Of a DNA stretch of 64,000 nt, positions 29,639-39,668 are shown piece by piece. Below the pieces are notes generated by a model. That model had not been told where the DNA came from. It searched no databases and was given only the letters and a program-made list of their open reading frames with translations. The first letter of the stretch is position 1, and the number at the start of each line of letters is the position of its first letter. Position numbers and translations under genes: made by a program. Source of the stretch: Bdellovibrionales bacterium (GTDB taxonomy: Bacteria > Bdellovibrionota > Bdellovibrionia > Bdellovibrionales > JAGQZY01); the NCBI GenBank assembly GCA_041736155.1, contig JBGSUL010000089.1, forward strand, positions 16,090 to 80,089, in the 5' to 3' direction.

Positions 29639-31634
29639 ACCACTGATAGGGAAACTGACGGACCTTGCCTTCCAAATCCTGGGCGAATTCTTGTGCCCAA
29701 GCAAAAATTTGTAAGCGTCTATCCATTTCGGCGGAATACTTCATTTCGTTGTGTTGTGCCGTCTCACGAGGCTGTGACGAAATAAATAAATATTCCTGCG
29801 AATTCAATCTATACGTGTATGTAAAAATCATCGGTGCCCGGCAAGCGGCGGCAATACGATAAGGGCCCACCTCAAAAGGTGCAAGTTTTCCCATAAATCG
29901 TACCAATTCAATTTGTGAACCCATCGGGCGATCGACAAGAAAACCCACATGCTTTTTATTTTCTAAAAAGTCTTTCACCACCAGACTCGAATTAGCAGAT
30001 GAGTTGCCTAACGAAGTGGACGAAGACGAAAAGACTGAAGATGAAGACGTGGTATGCGCTGCTGTGTTGGCCTTCGCACGAATACTATCCACCTTGAGTT
30101 GCTTTTGCGACTGAATCATTTTTTCAAAGGTGAGTCCCTCGGCGATAAAATGAACTTTTCCTAAACGTCCCATCTGCGGATTTCTTTGCATAAAAACGGT
30201 CGAGAGATCCCAGCCACCGACGTGGGCACCGATAAAGACCCAGCCTTTTTGTGACTCCACAACATCGTAAATATTGATGGGACCAGCCGTGGAAATTTTA
30301 AATTGCAAGGTCTCGTGGAACGACTGATACATACGATCCATGAGAACTTTTCCAAAAGTTAAAAAATGTTGCAAAATATGTAACTGTCGACGCGTCCACC
30401 CCTGCTGCGACATTTGCTGCCAGTACTGATTGAGACCGCGACGTCCACGAGGGGCAAAAAGATAAAAATACGGTACAATGAAATAGAGAAAAAAGTATCC
30501 CGTTCGCAAACCAAAAAATCTGAGCATGATTTTTAAAAAACCATTTCCTATAAAACCGCCGCGGGTTTTCCCCGTCCACGCTTCTTTCTTTTTTAAAAAA
30601 CGTTTTTTGATAAAATAAATGCTCACCGTTCCTAACGTGCCAAGAAGCACTCCTAAGACGATTGATCCACACAACCAACGAAGAAAAAAAGAAGGCGTTG
30701 GGCCCAATAAGAGTTTACCTAGCACCGCCGATCCCGAAACTAAAAACGGCGCCACCCATGGAACGCTGATATTACTTCCAACAAATAACCAAAAGAAATT
30801 CAGACGAAAAACGACTGCGGCAGCCATGGCGATGAACACATGAAACCCAAAAAAGGGGGTGCACCCGATAAAAATGCCTACCCCAAAAGCCAAAGCCATC
30901 CGCCACGGCGACGCCGATGTGCGCAGCAAGGAGAGCATGACCAAAATGGTATTCAATACCGAAATGCGCACATTGTCCCACCATTTATCAAAATGGCTGA
31001 CCCGTTCTTCAGGTGGCGGATAATAAGCTTGAATCTCCACCTCACGCACTTCGACCTTGGCCCACAGCAAGCGAATTAAAATTTCGATCTCAAAATCATA
31101 TTTTCGCGTGATCAACTTTAAATTCTGGACGTAAAATAATGGGTAAATGCGAAAACCACTTTGCGAATCCAGAGCTTTGTAATCTGTTTCGTATTTGACC
31201 CAAAAATTAGAAAACGTTCTGCCAAACTTAGAAACATTGGGCACGTTCTCCTGGAACTTGCGCGAGCCGATAATCAACGCCCACGGATTTTGTCGAGACT
31301 CTTGCACCAAGTGAGCCACTTCCTCGACAAGATGTTGACCATCGCTGTCCATGGAAATCACATGCGTTTTGTCATTCTCGAGCGCCCATTGAAAAGCGGT
31401 CTTGAGTGCCACACCTTTCCCGCGATTACTCTCATGGCGAAGAAGGGTCAATCGTTGCGACTTCAGCGCCTCTTGAACGACAGAGCTTTGTAAGAGTTCA
31501 CTCACTGGAACCGTTGAGCCATCGTCAACAATCAAAACAGGAAATGCCGTGTTCGCTAAAACCTGCTGCGCCACATGTTCTATGGTTTTTGGATTGTTAT
31601 AACAAGGCAGTACCACGACATAACGTAATATCAC
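29484..31634 (-). CDS. GT2 glycosyltransferase - DUF2062 - LpxL-like acyltransferase fusion
   Basis: PCYN, VDDGS, NRGKG, DSDGQH, DSQSGFR; MALAFGVGIFIG..P.FG (DUF2062-like); AHVGGWD, DRP, QWFNFY. Confidence 0.88.
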   Translation of the reverse strand: MILRYVVVLPCYNNPKTIEHVAQQVLANTAFPVLIVDDGSTVPVSELLQSSVVQEALKSQRLTLLRHESNRGKGVALKTAFQWALENDKTHVISMDSDGQHLVEEVAHLVQESRQNPWALIIGSRKFQENVPNVSKFGRTFSNFWVKYETDYKALDSQSGFRIYPLFYVQNLKLITRKYDFEIEILIRLLWAKVEVREVEIQAYYPPPEERVSHFDKWWDNVRISVLNTILVMLSLLRTSASPWRMALAFGVGIFIGCTPFFGFHVFIAMAAAVVFRLNFFWLFVGSNISVPWVAPFLVSGSAVLGKLLLGPTPSFFLRWLCGSIVLGVLLGTLGTVSIYFIKKRFLKKKEAWTGKTRGGFIGNGFLKIMLRFFGLRTGYFFLYFIVPYFYLFAPRGRRGLNQYWQQMSQQGWTRRQLHILQHFLTFGKVLMDRMYQSFHETLQFKISTAGPINIYDVVESQKGWVFIGAHVGGWDLSTVFMQRNPQMGRLGKVHFIAEGLTFEKMIQSQKQLKVDSIRAKANTAAHTTSSSSVFSSSSTSLGNSSANSSLVVKDFLENKKHVGFLVDRPMGSQIELVRFMGKLAPFEVGPYRIAAACRAPMIFTYTYRLNSQEYLFISSQPRETAQHNEMKYSAEMDRRLQIFAWAQEFAQDLEGKVRQFPYQWFNFYPFWSTLPRFVHDEKNNNLTHHLLEELSRPETPAPVPGPGSTTSVGIK

Positions 31635-32329
31635 TGGAGCTCCCTTAACATCACTTGGCGGACATCGGCACTGAGGGTTTCCGCGGAGGAGTATTTAGCA
31701 GAGTGGATTACGGGCAACGTACGCACGCGCACTGTATGTCCCGCATGAAGTTTCATAGAGTTTTTGGGCCAAGCCTTCTCTGTACCCGTGATCACAATGG
31801 GCAGAATTTCTGTCCCCGCCTGCTGTGCCATGCGAAACGGCGGCAACGTAAACTCCTGCAAGGTGGATGAGGAACGAGTCATTTCCGGAAATAACAAAAC
31901 CACTTCTTGTCGTTGCAAATATTCTTCGACCGTTTTCAATGATTCAAAATAGGAGACCACACTCCCTCGTACGATGGGGATCTGATAACTCATACGCATG
32001 ATAAACCCCAAAAAAGGAATGCGAAAAAGAGTATCTTTAGCCACCACACGCACGCCGCGCACATAGGCAAGAAATAAAAATACATCCAAATGGGAGCGAT
32101 GGTTCGCCATTAAAAGTTTTCCGCGAGGGGAAAGGGGCAATTGCACATCCAACCGCAACCACGGCTGGAGGCTCATCAACCCCCCGATGCCGCGCTGAAG
32201 GATGAAATCAGCGACCGTCACGGCGGGTTTATAAAATCGTGAAAGGATATAAAAAGGCACAGCCAAGCAATACGCCAGCACGAAGCCCAACACGGCAATG
32301 GTAAAAAGAAAATACATCATCCAAACCAT
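31631..32329 (-). CDS. PlsC-like lysophospholipid acyltransferase
   Basis: ANHRSHLD, VAK, FPEMTRS, PIVITG. Confidence 0.9.
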   Translation of the reverse strand: MVWMMYFLFTIAVLGFVLAYCLAVPFYILSRFYKPAVTVADFILQRGIGGLMSLQPWLRLDVQLPLSPRGKLLMANHRSHLDVFLFLAYVRGVRVVAKDTLFRIPFLGFIMRMSYQIPIVRGSVVSYFESLKTVEEYLQRQEVVLLFPEMTRSSSTLQEFTLPPFRMAQQAGTEILPIVITGTEKAWPKNSMKLHAGHTVRVRTLPVIHSAKYSSAETLSADVRQVMLRELQ

Positions 32330-32426
32330 AAAACATCTTCAAAGAGAATTGTGTTGATTTACCAGCCATCTCATTATTAAAGTCGCACTTTAAATGTTAT
32401 TTCTAAAGGATTTCAAGGGGTTTGAT

Positions 32427-33164
32427 TTGAAGCGGGTCGCCATAGTGACAGGAAGCTCCTCGGGCATAGGACGAGCCATCGCCAAACGTTTGGCAAAGGA
32501 TGGTTTTTACACGATCGTCCACTACGGAAAGAACCAACAAGGCGCTGAGGACACTCTTCAGCAGATTGAGTCCCTGGGTGGACAGGGCCAAATTTTCCAG
32601 CTCGACGTCTCCCAAGCCGCAGGTGTGGAAGAAAAACTCGACACCCTTTTTAAACAAATCCCTGAAGCGCGTTTTGAAGTGTTAATCAACAATGCGGGTA
32701 TTCATAGTGATGGTTTAGCGGCACTTATGTCAGATGACCAATTTCAAAGAGTTCTGCGCACCAACATTGAAGGTCCCTTTTATCTGATGAAATTTGCTGT
32801 TCGACGCATGTTGCGCCAACGCGCGGGTTGTATTGTCAATGTAGCCTCCCTCGCAGGACAAACCGGCAATCCCGGACAAATCAACTACGCTGCCAGCAAA
32901 GCGGCGTTGATTGCTATGACCAAAACTCTGAGTTTTGAAGTGGGACCTCGTGGCGTTCGTGTCAATGCCGTGGCCCCCGGTTTAATCCAAACAGAAATGA
33001 TCACTAAAATTCCACAACTAGAACAAATGGTGGCGCGCATTCCGCTTGGCCGCGTGGGCCAACCTGAAGAAGTGGCTGGCGCCGTATCTTTTTTATGCTC
33101 TCCCGACGCTTCTTATATCACGGGGCATACCCTCAGTATTAACGGTGGCCTTTTTCCATCATGA
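32427..33164 (+). CDS. fabG: 3-oxoacyl-ACP reductase (FabG-like SDR)
   Basis: [23 protein letters not shown]. Confidence 0.92.
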   Translation: MKRVAIVTGSSSGIGRAIAKRLAKDGFYTIVHYGKNQQGAEDTLQQIESLGGQGQIFQLDVSQAAGVEEKLDTLFKQIPEARFEVLINNAGIHSDGLAALMSDDQFQRVLRTNIEGPFYLMKFAVRRMLRQRAGCIVNVASLAGQTGNPGQINYAASKAALIAMTKTLSFEVGPRGVRVNAVAPGLIQTEMITKIPQLEQMVARIPLGRVGQPEEVAGAVSFLCSPDASYITGHTLSINGGLFPS

Positions 33165-34714
33165 AACACGTCGATGTTATTATTTTAGGATCAGGAATTT
33201 CGGCACTCACTGCTGGTCTTATTTTAGCCAAAAACAATAAATCGGTCTTATTGTTAGAACAACACACTAAAATCGGTGGCTATTTGCACTGCTTCCGCCG
33301 TTTTGGCGAACGTTTTGATACCGGCGCACACTATGCTGGCTCCCTGGGACAAGGAGAAGCTTTTCAAAACTTACTTAAATATCTAGAAATATGGGACCCC
33401 GAGGACTATTCCCCTCTCGACCATGAAGGATTTGACGAATTTATCACTCCCCACTTTCATTTTTCTGTGCCGAAAGGTTATGCGGCGTTTGAAAAAAAAT
33501 TGATTGCGCAATTTCCGCATGAAAAAGACGGCATTCAGTTGCTGTTACAAAAAGTGCAGTCCGCAGTACAATATTTTTCCACATACCAGCTCAGCGAGTT
33601 TTCACCGCAAAATTTTCCGCCCGAAATCTTTGATCGTTCGTTGGCCTCTGTCGTGGAAACTTTGATAAAAGATACCGATCTTCAGCAACTTTTTTACATT
33701 TACTGCGCTCTCCACGGCGCCTCTCCCCGAGAGGTGAGTTTTGGTTTTCACTCCGTGATCATCGACACCCTGCTGACTGGTGCCTATGGGTTTCGCCATG
33801 GAGGTGATCTCCTTGCTCAACGCTATCAAAAGGAAATTGAAAAATACGGAGGGGAAATATTAACTAAACACAAAGTCATTCGCCTCGAAACCCGTGAGAA
33901 AAATATCACCACCGTCCACACCTCCAATGGTGAGGTTTTCACCAGCACATGGGTGATCTCGTCACTCCATCCGCGCAATACTTTTGATCTCGTCGATCGC
34001 CCCGAAGTTCTCACTCCGCTGTTTCGCAGCCGTATTCAAAATCTCCAAGAAGGTCCGTCCTTTTTTGGAATTTATGCACTTCTTAAAAATGATGGCTCTT
34101 TTCGCCACGACAAAAATTACTTTTTTATCAACTCTACACAGCCAGATATGTTCCCCCAATTACCTGACGTGAATGATCCTCAACTGATTATTTTTATGTC
34201 ACCCGCACGCCGCACCCCACAGCCCGACGCCGAATTTTTCCCAGTCAACATTCATGCCCTTGCTCCCTACGAATGGTTTGCACCATGGGCAGAATCTACT
34301 TATGGCAGACGGCCCGAAGAATATAAAAGTTTCAAAAAAGACATTGCCGATAAAGTTTTGGCCAGCATTGAATCTCGTCATCCTGGCTTCTGCGATAAAA
34401 TATTTAAATTTGAAACCTCCTCCCCTCTCAGTCATTTACATTTTAATGGCTCGCACCAAGGTTCGGCGTACGGAGTGAACCACAGCATGAGCCAAAGTGG
34501 CCCCCGCGCGATTGGACCGCGCACAAAAATTCTCAATTTATTACTCACTGGCCAAAACTCCCTCTTCCCTGGCCTGCTCGGTTCTGCTATTTCTGGCATG
34601 CGCACCGCTGGACATATTGTTGGCCTTAAACAACTCGTGAGCCAAATGGCCCAGCAGACCGATCATCCATCACAAATCGAAACTGTGGTCGTGAACCAAG
34701 GAGGAATTTCGTGA
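33161..34714 (+). CDS. FAD-dependent oxidoreductase, phytoene-desaturase / retinol-saturase-like
   Basis: [34 protein letters not shown]. Confidence 0.88.
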   Translation: MKHVDVIILGSGISALTAGLILAKNNKSVLLLEQHTKIGGYLHCFRRFGERFDTGAHYAGSLGQGEAFQNLLKYLEIWDPEDYSPLDHEGFDEFITPHFHFSVPKGYAAFEKKLIAQFPHEKDGIQLLLQKVQSAVQYFSTYQLSEFSPQNFPPEIFDRSLASVVETLIKDTDLQQLFYIYCALHGASPREVSFGFHSVIIDTLLTGAYGFRHGGDLLAQRYQKEIEKYGGEILTKHKVIRLETREKNITTVHTSNGEVFTSTWVISSLHPRNTFDLVDRPEVLTPLFRSRIQNLQEGPSFFGIYALLKNDGSFRHDKNYFFINSTQPDMFPQLPDVNDPQLIIFMSPARRTPQPDAEFFPVNIHALAPYEWFAPWAESTYGRRPEEYKSFKKDIADKVLASIESRHPGFCDKIFKFETSSPLSHLHFNGSHQGSAYGVNHSMSQSGPRAIGPRTKILNLLLTGQNSLFPGLLGSAISGMRTAGHIVGLKQLVSQMAQQTDHPSQIETVVVNQGGIS

Positions 34715-35928
34715 AAGTTTTTGTCACCGGCATGGGATGTATCTCCTCTCTCGGCAATACGCCCGACGAACTCTACGCGTCTCTGCGCGGACAAAGTAGC
34801 GCATCGCAGTTTTATCCTGAGTGGCAAAAATTAAATGGTTTACACGCGCATTTAGGAGCGCCCGCCCATTCTTACGATGTAAAAAGTCTCCCGCGCACAG
34901 TGCGCAGAACTATGTCCCGTATGTCGGAAATGGCCAGCCTCGCCACTTTGCAAGCCCTGCAACAAGCTCAACTCACACTGACGCCTTCTTCGCGTACACT
35001 TTTAATTTTAGGATCCACCACCGGCAGTCCCGAAACCATGCAAGCTTACTTTAAGTTAATGGAAGATCGTGGCGGCCCCGAAGGGCAAGTCTCCACCTCT
35101 TTTTTTAAAATCATGAATCACTCGGTGGCTGCCAACGTCGGCGCCGCTTTGCAATTCAAAGGCCCCTACCTCTCGCCGAGCACCGCCTGCTCCACCTCTT
35201 CGCAAGCCATGATTTTAGGTTGGGAGCTATTGCAAACCGGACTCTATGATTGCGTGATTGCTGGCGGTGCAGATGAGATGAGCCCCCTCACGTCGGCGAT
35301 TTTTGATATTGTTTTTGCCGCCTCGAGAAAGTTCAACGAAACTCCCCAACAAAGTCCGCGCCCTTTTGATCAAGAGCGCGATGGTTTGGTGGTCTCCGAA
35401 GGTGCCGGCGTAGTTGTTCTTGAAACCGAAGACCATATGCTCAAAAGAAAAACCCGAGCCCTGGCAGAGCTGGCTGGGGGTGCCTATGTGGCCGATTGCA
35501 GTCATATGAGCCAAAGTCATAAAGAAGCCATGCTCATCACCATGAACGAGGCCCTTAACCGTGCGAAATTACCGGTTCATTCTGTGGATTACGTCAATGC
35601 CCACGCCACCGGCACTATGCAAGGCGACATTGAGGAAGCTCAGGCCATTGGCGCCATCTTTGGCTCGCAAGTGCCTATCAGTAGCCTCAAAGGACATATG
35701 GGACATAGTCTTGCCGCCTGCGGGGCTCTTGAAGCTATTGCTTGCATAAAAATGATGGAAATGGCAGAAATAATCCCTACAAAAAACCTGCACAAAATCG
35801 ATCCATTTTGTGGCGGTGCTATGTTGTTAAAAGAAGGACCTCCACTCAAACAAAAGGTTACGACGGTGATGAGTAACAATTTTGCTTTCGGTGGTATGAA
35901 CACAAGTTTTGTCCTTAAAACTGTTTAA
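34711..35928 (+). CDS. Beta-ketoacyl-ACP synthase (KS 2, FabF-like)
   Basis: STACSTS, NAHATGT, GHSLAACG, NNFAFGG. Confidence 0.94.
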   Translation: MKVFVTGMGCISSLGNTPDELYASLRGQSSASQFYPEWQKLNGLHAHLGAPAHSYDVKSLPRTVRRTMSRMSEMASLATLQALQQAQLTLTPSSRTLLILGSTTGSPETMQAYFKLMEDRGGPEGQVSTSFFKIMNHSVAANVGAALQFKGPYLSPSTACSTSSQAMILGWELLQTGLYDCVIAGGADEMSPLTSAIFDIVFAASRKFNETPQQSPRPFDQERDGLVVSEGAGVVVLETEDHMLKRKTRALAELAGGAYVADCSHMSQSHKEAMLITMNEALNRAKLPVHSVDYVNAHATGTMQGDIEEAQAIGAIFGSQVPISSLKGHMGHSLAACGALEAIACIKMMEMAEIIPTKNLHKIDPFCGGAMLLKEGPPLKQKVTTVMSNNFAFGGMNTSFVLKTV

Positions 35929-35944
35929 AGTTGGAGTGCTTGCC

Positions 35945-36223
35945 ATGACCGAAAAAGAGATCGTTGCCAAGATCAACGACGTTCTTTGTACTGGATTCGA
36001 ATTAGACAGCGCACTGTTAAAACCAGAGGCCCGTTTAAAAGAAGATCTCCAATTAGATAGTTTAGATGCCGTCGATATGCTTGTTTATCTCGAAGAAAAT
36101 TTTAAAATCCAAGTGGAAGGTGAACGCCTCACCGAAATCAAAGTTCTGGGTGATGTTTACAAACTGGTGACTGACGTTTTATTGAGTACGAAGGCCGATA
36201 CGCAATTGAGCGAAAACATCTAA
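35945..36223 (+). CDS. Acyl carrier protein 2
   Basis: DLQLDSLDAVD; GGAG RBS. Confidence 0.92.
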   Translation: MTEKEIVAKINDVLCTGFELDSALLKPEARLKEDLQLDSLDAVDMLVYLEENFKIQVEGERLTEIKVLGDVYKLVTDVLLSTKADTQLSENI

Positions 36224-36490
36224 GTTATTTGTGTCTTTCCAAACAACCTGCCACAAGTTTTGTGTAGTGTTTATGAGTGTAACTTCCAAGTTAATGGTCG
36301 AATTCGGCCGCACAGGTTGTGAAAACTTGGCATCCACCACTTCCTGCAGTTCCATATTTTGTGGGGCTTGCGATCTTTTTAAAAAATCCACACTGAGATC
36401 TATAATGGCCACCGCTGGAAGTACCGGGTTATGAGGAAAGTGTCCGTCAAAATAAAAAAGATCGGCGGGAATAGTGATTTGCGTGGTCAT
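36179..36490 (-). CDS. Hotdog-fold dehydratase, ApeI-like
   Basis: YFDGHFPHNPVLPAV, KFSQPVRP. Confidence 0.85.
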   Translation of the reverse strand: MTTQITIPADLFYFDGHFPHNPVLPAVAIIDLSVDFLKRSQAPQNMELQEVVDAKFSQPVRPNSTINLEVTLINTTQNLWQVVWKDTNNLDVFAQLRIGLRTQ

Positions 36491-36525
36491 ATCACCTTTC
36501 ATAACAAATCCTTATTGGGCTGTCT

Positions 36526-37647
36526 ATGTGGCTCGTAGCTTACGGCGCCGCCACCTCCGCTGGCCCCACGTCCACGCATCTGTGGAATCAGCTCGCACGC
36601 GGTGCCAATTCGTCATGCCCGATTCCCTTGCAGCTTCTTAAAAACAAACCAGATGTTCTCCCTGATTATCGTATTCATCTGCGCCTGGATCTGCCCGTCA
36701 CTCTGACCCATCGGCAGCGTCTTTTGCACCTACTGCAAGAAGCGTGGAGCGAAGTGTGCGGAAAAATTTCGCCGCAGGATTTTCATGCGCGCATGGGAAT
36801 TATTTTTACCAGCACCAAAGGGTTTGCCGAAGATTTTGTGTGGAAATCAGATTCTTTTGTCGATGGTCTTACTCCGCTTCTGCACGATTTTATCAAAGAG
36901 CAGAAACTGGCGCCGCAGGAAACGCTGGTCCTCAGCGAAGCTTGCTCATCCGTTGCCGCCGCCGTGACCATGGCCGAAGAGTGGTTGAATTTAGAGATGG
37001 TAGATCATGTATTGGTGTTGAGTTGTGATAGCATCGGTGAGTTTGTGATTCGCGGTTTTCACAGTTTACACGCTCTCACTCCCCGCTCTCAAGCTCAGCC
37101 CTTTGATAAAGAGCGGCTTGGGCTACAACTGGGAGAAGCGGCGGCGGTGTTGTTGCTGTCAAAAAAGATTCCTGGTCCATCGATGATTTCGGCAAAAATC
37201 TGCTGCGAGGGCGTGGCCGCCACTCGGCCCGATCGTCATGGGCGCAGCTTGCAAACAGCGTTGAGCCAGGTGATTGGCGACAAGGCGCTGCCGGTGCTGA
37301 TCATCGCCCATGGTACCGGAACGGTGATCAACGATGTCACCGAAGACTCGGTTTTTCAAAATATCTATAGCCAAAAATCAGCACCCCCACCGTCTGTCAC
37401 CTCTTTGAAGTGGAGTATTGGCCATACCTTGGCGGTCAGCTGCGCGCTGGATATTATTGCTGCGCAAGAATGTCTTACCCATGGACGCGCCTTTGCACTC
37501 GCGCAAACCCAAACGGTGGATGAGACTTTTCGCTCGAATTATCTTTTAAAAACCTGGGAAAAGCCCCTTTCTGCTGTTTTGGTTTCTTCACTAGGCTTCG
37601 GCGGCGTCCATGGTGGCGTTTACCTGCAAAGGAGCCCTGATGTTTAA
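36526..37647 (+). CDS. Beta-ketoacyl-ACP synthase (KS 3, divergent)
   Basis: STKG, SEACSS, AHGTGT, GHTLA, GFGG. Confidence 0.88.
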   Translation: MWLVAYGAATSAGPTSTHLWNQLARGANSSCPIPLQLLKNKPDVLPDYRIHLRLDLPVTLTHRQRLLHLLQEAWSEVCGKISPQDFHARMGIIFTSTKGFAEDFVWKSDSFVDGLTPLLHDFIKEQKLAPQETLVLSEACSSVAAAVTMAEEWLNLEMVDHVLVLSCDSIGEFVIRGFHSLHALTPRSQAQPFDKERLGLQLGEAAAVLLLSKKIPGPSMISAKICCEGVAATRPDRHGRSLQTALSQVIGDKALPVLIIAHGTGTVINDVTEDSVFQNIYSQKSAPPPSVTSLKWSIGHTLAVSCALDIIAAQECLTHGRAFALAQTQTVDETFRSNYLLKTWEKPLSAVLVSSLGFGGVHGGVYLQRSPDV

Positions 37648-38098
37648 CCTCACTCAGTGGCAACATCCGCTAGAAACTTTACCCACCTCGCCTCCTGAGT
37701 GGGCCTCTTTGGTGGAGCGCTGGTACCAGCTCGACGCTCCTTCCTATCTGCTTTGCCAAAGCTACTGGGAGTCTAAAAGCAAGCTGACAGCCCCCCCTGA
37801 CCTGATCCTCCTCAATAGCCCACAAACCTCCTTTGTGACCGACAGGGCCTTCTGTCAAACTCTCAGCCCTTCGAAGTTTGTTCACACCTTGCCCAACGTA
37901 CGGAGCTCGGCCCTTTTACAGCTTCTGGAGTGGCGAGGCCCTCTCTTTTCTTTTGTTGACGAGAAGGCAAAAATTTTAAAGTATGCAGAAAATGTTTTAA
38001 ACAAGACTCCGGTGAGTCGAATTTGGGTTCTCCAAGTAATGGAACAGCCTGTGTTGAAAGTAGATTGGTGTGTCTATGAGAAAAAAAATACTCATTGA
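37640..38098 (+). CDS. Short KS/chain-length-factor-like protein
   Basis: SPSKFVHTLPN motif; translationally coupled to KS 3. Confidence 0.6.
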   Translation: MFNLTQWQHPLETLPTSPPEWASLVERWYQLDAPSYLLCQSYWESKSKLTAPPDLILLNSPQTSFVTDRAFCQTLSPSKFVHTLPNVRSSALLQLLEWRGPLFSFVDEKAKILKYAENVLNKTPVSRIWVLQVMEQPVLKVDWCVYEKKNTH

Positions 38099-39668
38099 TA
38101 ATCAACGACTAACGTTGAAGAGTTTTATTGATTATTCCGTTGCTGCGACCGACGATTCCACTGATTCAGAAGTGTCTTTTTCTCCGACAACTTTAGAAAA
38201 TGCCCAAGCGTCGCACATGCAACTCCTTCAACTCATCGAAAACAACACACCTCTTTATGGCGTCACTACCGGTTTTGGCGACAGCAGTCAGCGCAGTCTG
38301 CATGCCCATCAATCCGAAGAGTTGCAGAAAAATTTAATCAATTATCTTTCTTGCGGCACGGGTCCCTACTTATCAGAAGAAGTGTGTCGAGCTATTTTAT
38401 TAGCGCGACTGAAATCTCTCAGTCGAGGTTACTCGGGCATTCGCCCACAACTTCTTGAACAAATGCGTTTGTATCTCAATAACAATTGGATTCCCGCCAT
38501 CCGCTCCGAAGGTTCGCTCGGCGCCAGCGGTGACTTAGTACCGTTGGCGGCCATCGCGCAGTGTTTGCAGGGACAAGGTACGGTCTATGTGCAAGGAAAA
38601 CTCACCGACGTTGCGCCTTTGCTCAAACAACAAAACCAAACCGGCATTGCACTTTTTGCCAAAGAAGGTTTGGCTCTGGTGAACGGTACATCGGCTATGG
38701 TCGGAGCCGCGAGCATTAACTATTCCCATATCCGTCGTTTGTTCGATCTTCATATGGTGGCCTCCACGTGGACCTGTCTCGCCTTGGGCGGACGCCGAGA
38801 AGCCTTTGGTCCGCTGGTCAATTCCGTAGCGGCTCAGCACTCTGGCCAAGCTCTGGTGGCAAAAACCATTTCTACTTTTCTCGAACAACAAAATTATCAA
38901 AATAAACCGTTGCAAACGATTGCCCGTGTGAATGATCTGTTGGAACAACCGGTACAGGATAAATACTCTTTGCGATGTGTTCCGCAAATTCTCGGACCCG
39001 TGCAAGAAACCCTGGCGCTGTGTGAGCGTTGGCTAGAAGACGAACTCAACTCCACCAGTGACAATCCACTGATTTCTGCCGAAGGTGATTTAGCTAACGG
39101 AGGAAATTTTTATGGCGGATACATTGCGCACGCCATGGACTATCTTAAGATCTGTCTTGTGCAAATGGCCGATTTGGCCGATCGCCAGTTGATTCAAATT
39201 ATGGATGAAAAATCCAACCGTGGTCTGCCTTCTAATCTGGTCGATTGGGATGGACTTCCTCCGAGTGATCGACATTTGCATCATGGTCTCAAAGGACTGC
39301 ATCAGAGTGCTTCAGCCATCACTTCGGAAATTGCCGCACTCAGTTTAGCAAACAGTATTTTTTCTCGATCTGCCGAAAGCCACAACCAAGATAAAGTGAG
39401 TTTGGGCATGAGTGCCGCTAATCAGTGCCAGTGGATGATTGAAAAATCCTACACAGTACTCACGCTGCATCTGATTTGTCTCGCGCAAGCTTTAGATCTG
39501 CGCGGTGTTCAACTGACGAGTGCACCTCTGCGCGACGTTTATGAAGTCATTCGCAAGCATGTGCCCTTCTGCAAAAAGGATACAGCTCTGCAAGAACCCA
39601 TTCTCAACCTTACAAACCATTTAAAAACATTTAATTTAATTCAAGGAATACAAAATGAAAAACTTTGA
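38076..39668 (+). CDS. MIO-dependent aromatic amino acid ammonia-lyase (HAL/PAL/TAL family)
   Basis: YGVTTGFG, GASGDL, KEGLALVNGT, QDKYSLRC, DNP, GGNF, HNQDKVSLG. Confidence 0.95.
   Translation: MRKKILIDNQRLTLKSFIDYSVAATDDSTDSEVSFSPTTLENAQASHMQLLQLIENNTPLYGVTTGFGDSSQRSLHAHQSEELQKNLINYLSCGTGPYLSEEVCRAILLARLKSLSRGYSGIRPQLLEQMRLYLNNNWIPAIRSEGSLGASGDLVPLAAIAQCLQGQGTVYVQGKLTDVAPLLKQQNQTGIALFAKEGLALVNGTSAMVGAASINYSHIRRLFDLHMVASTWTCLALGGRREAFGPLVNSVAAQHSGQALVAKTISTFLEQQNYQNKPLQTIARVNDLLEQPVQDKYSLRCVPQILGPVQETLALCERWLEDELNSTSDNPLISAEGDLANGGNFYGGYIAHAMDYLKICLVQMADLADRQLIQIMDEKSNRGLPSNLVDWDGLPPSDRHLHHGLKGLHQSASAITSEIAALSLANSIFSRSAESHNQDKVSLGMSAANQCQWMIEKSYTVLTLHLICLAQALDLRGVQLTSAPLRDVYEVIRKHVPFCKKDTALQEPILNLTNHLKTFNLIQGIQNEKL

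Noticed and set aside
33161-34714. Carotenoid biosynthesis (crtI)
   Set aside because: No crtB/crtE/crtY nearby; the gene is coupled to fabG and a KS, as in polyene clusters
38076-39668. hutH of histidine catabolism
   Set aside because: No other hut genes nearby, lacks the SH selectivity motif, and is embedded in the PKS cluster
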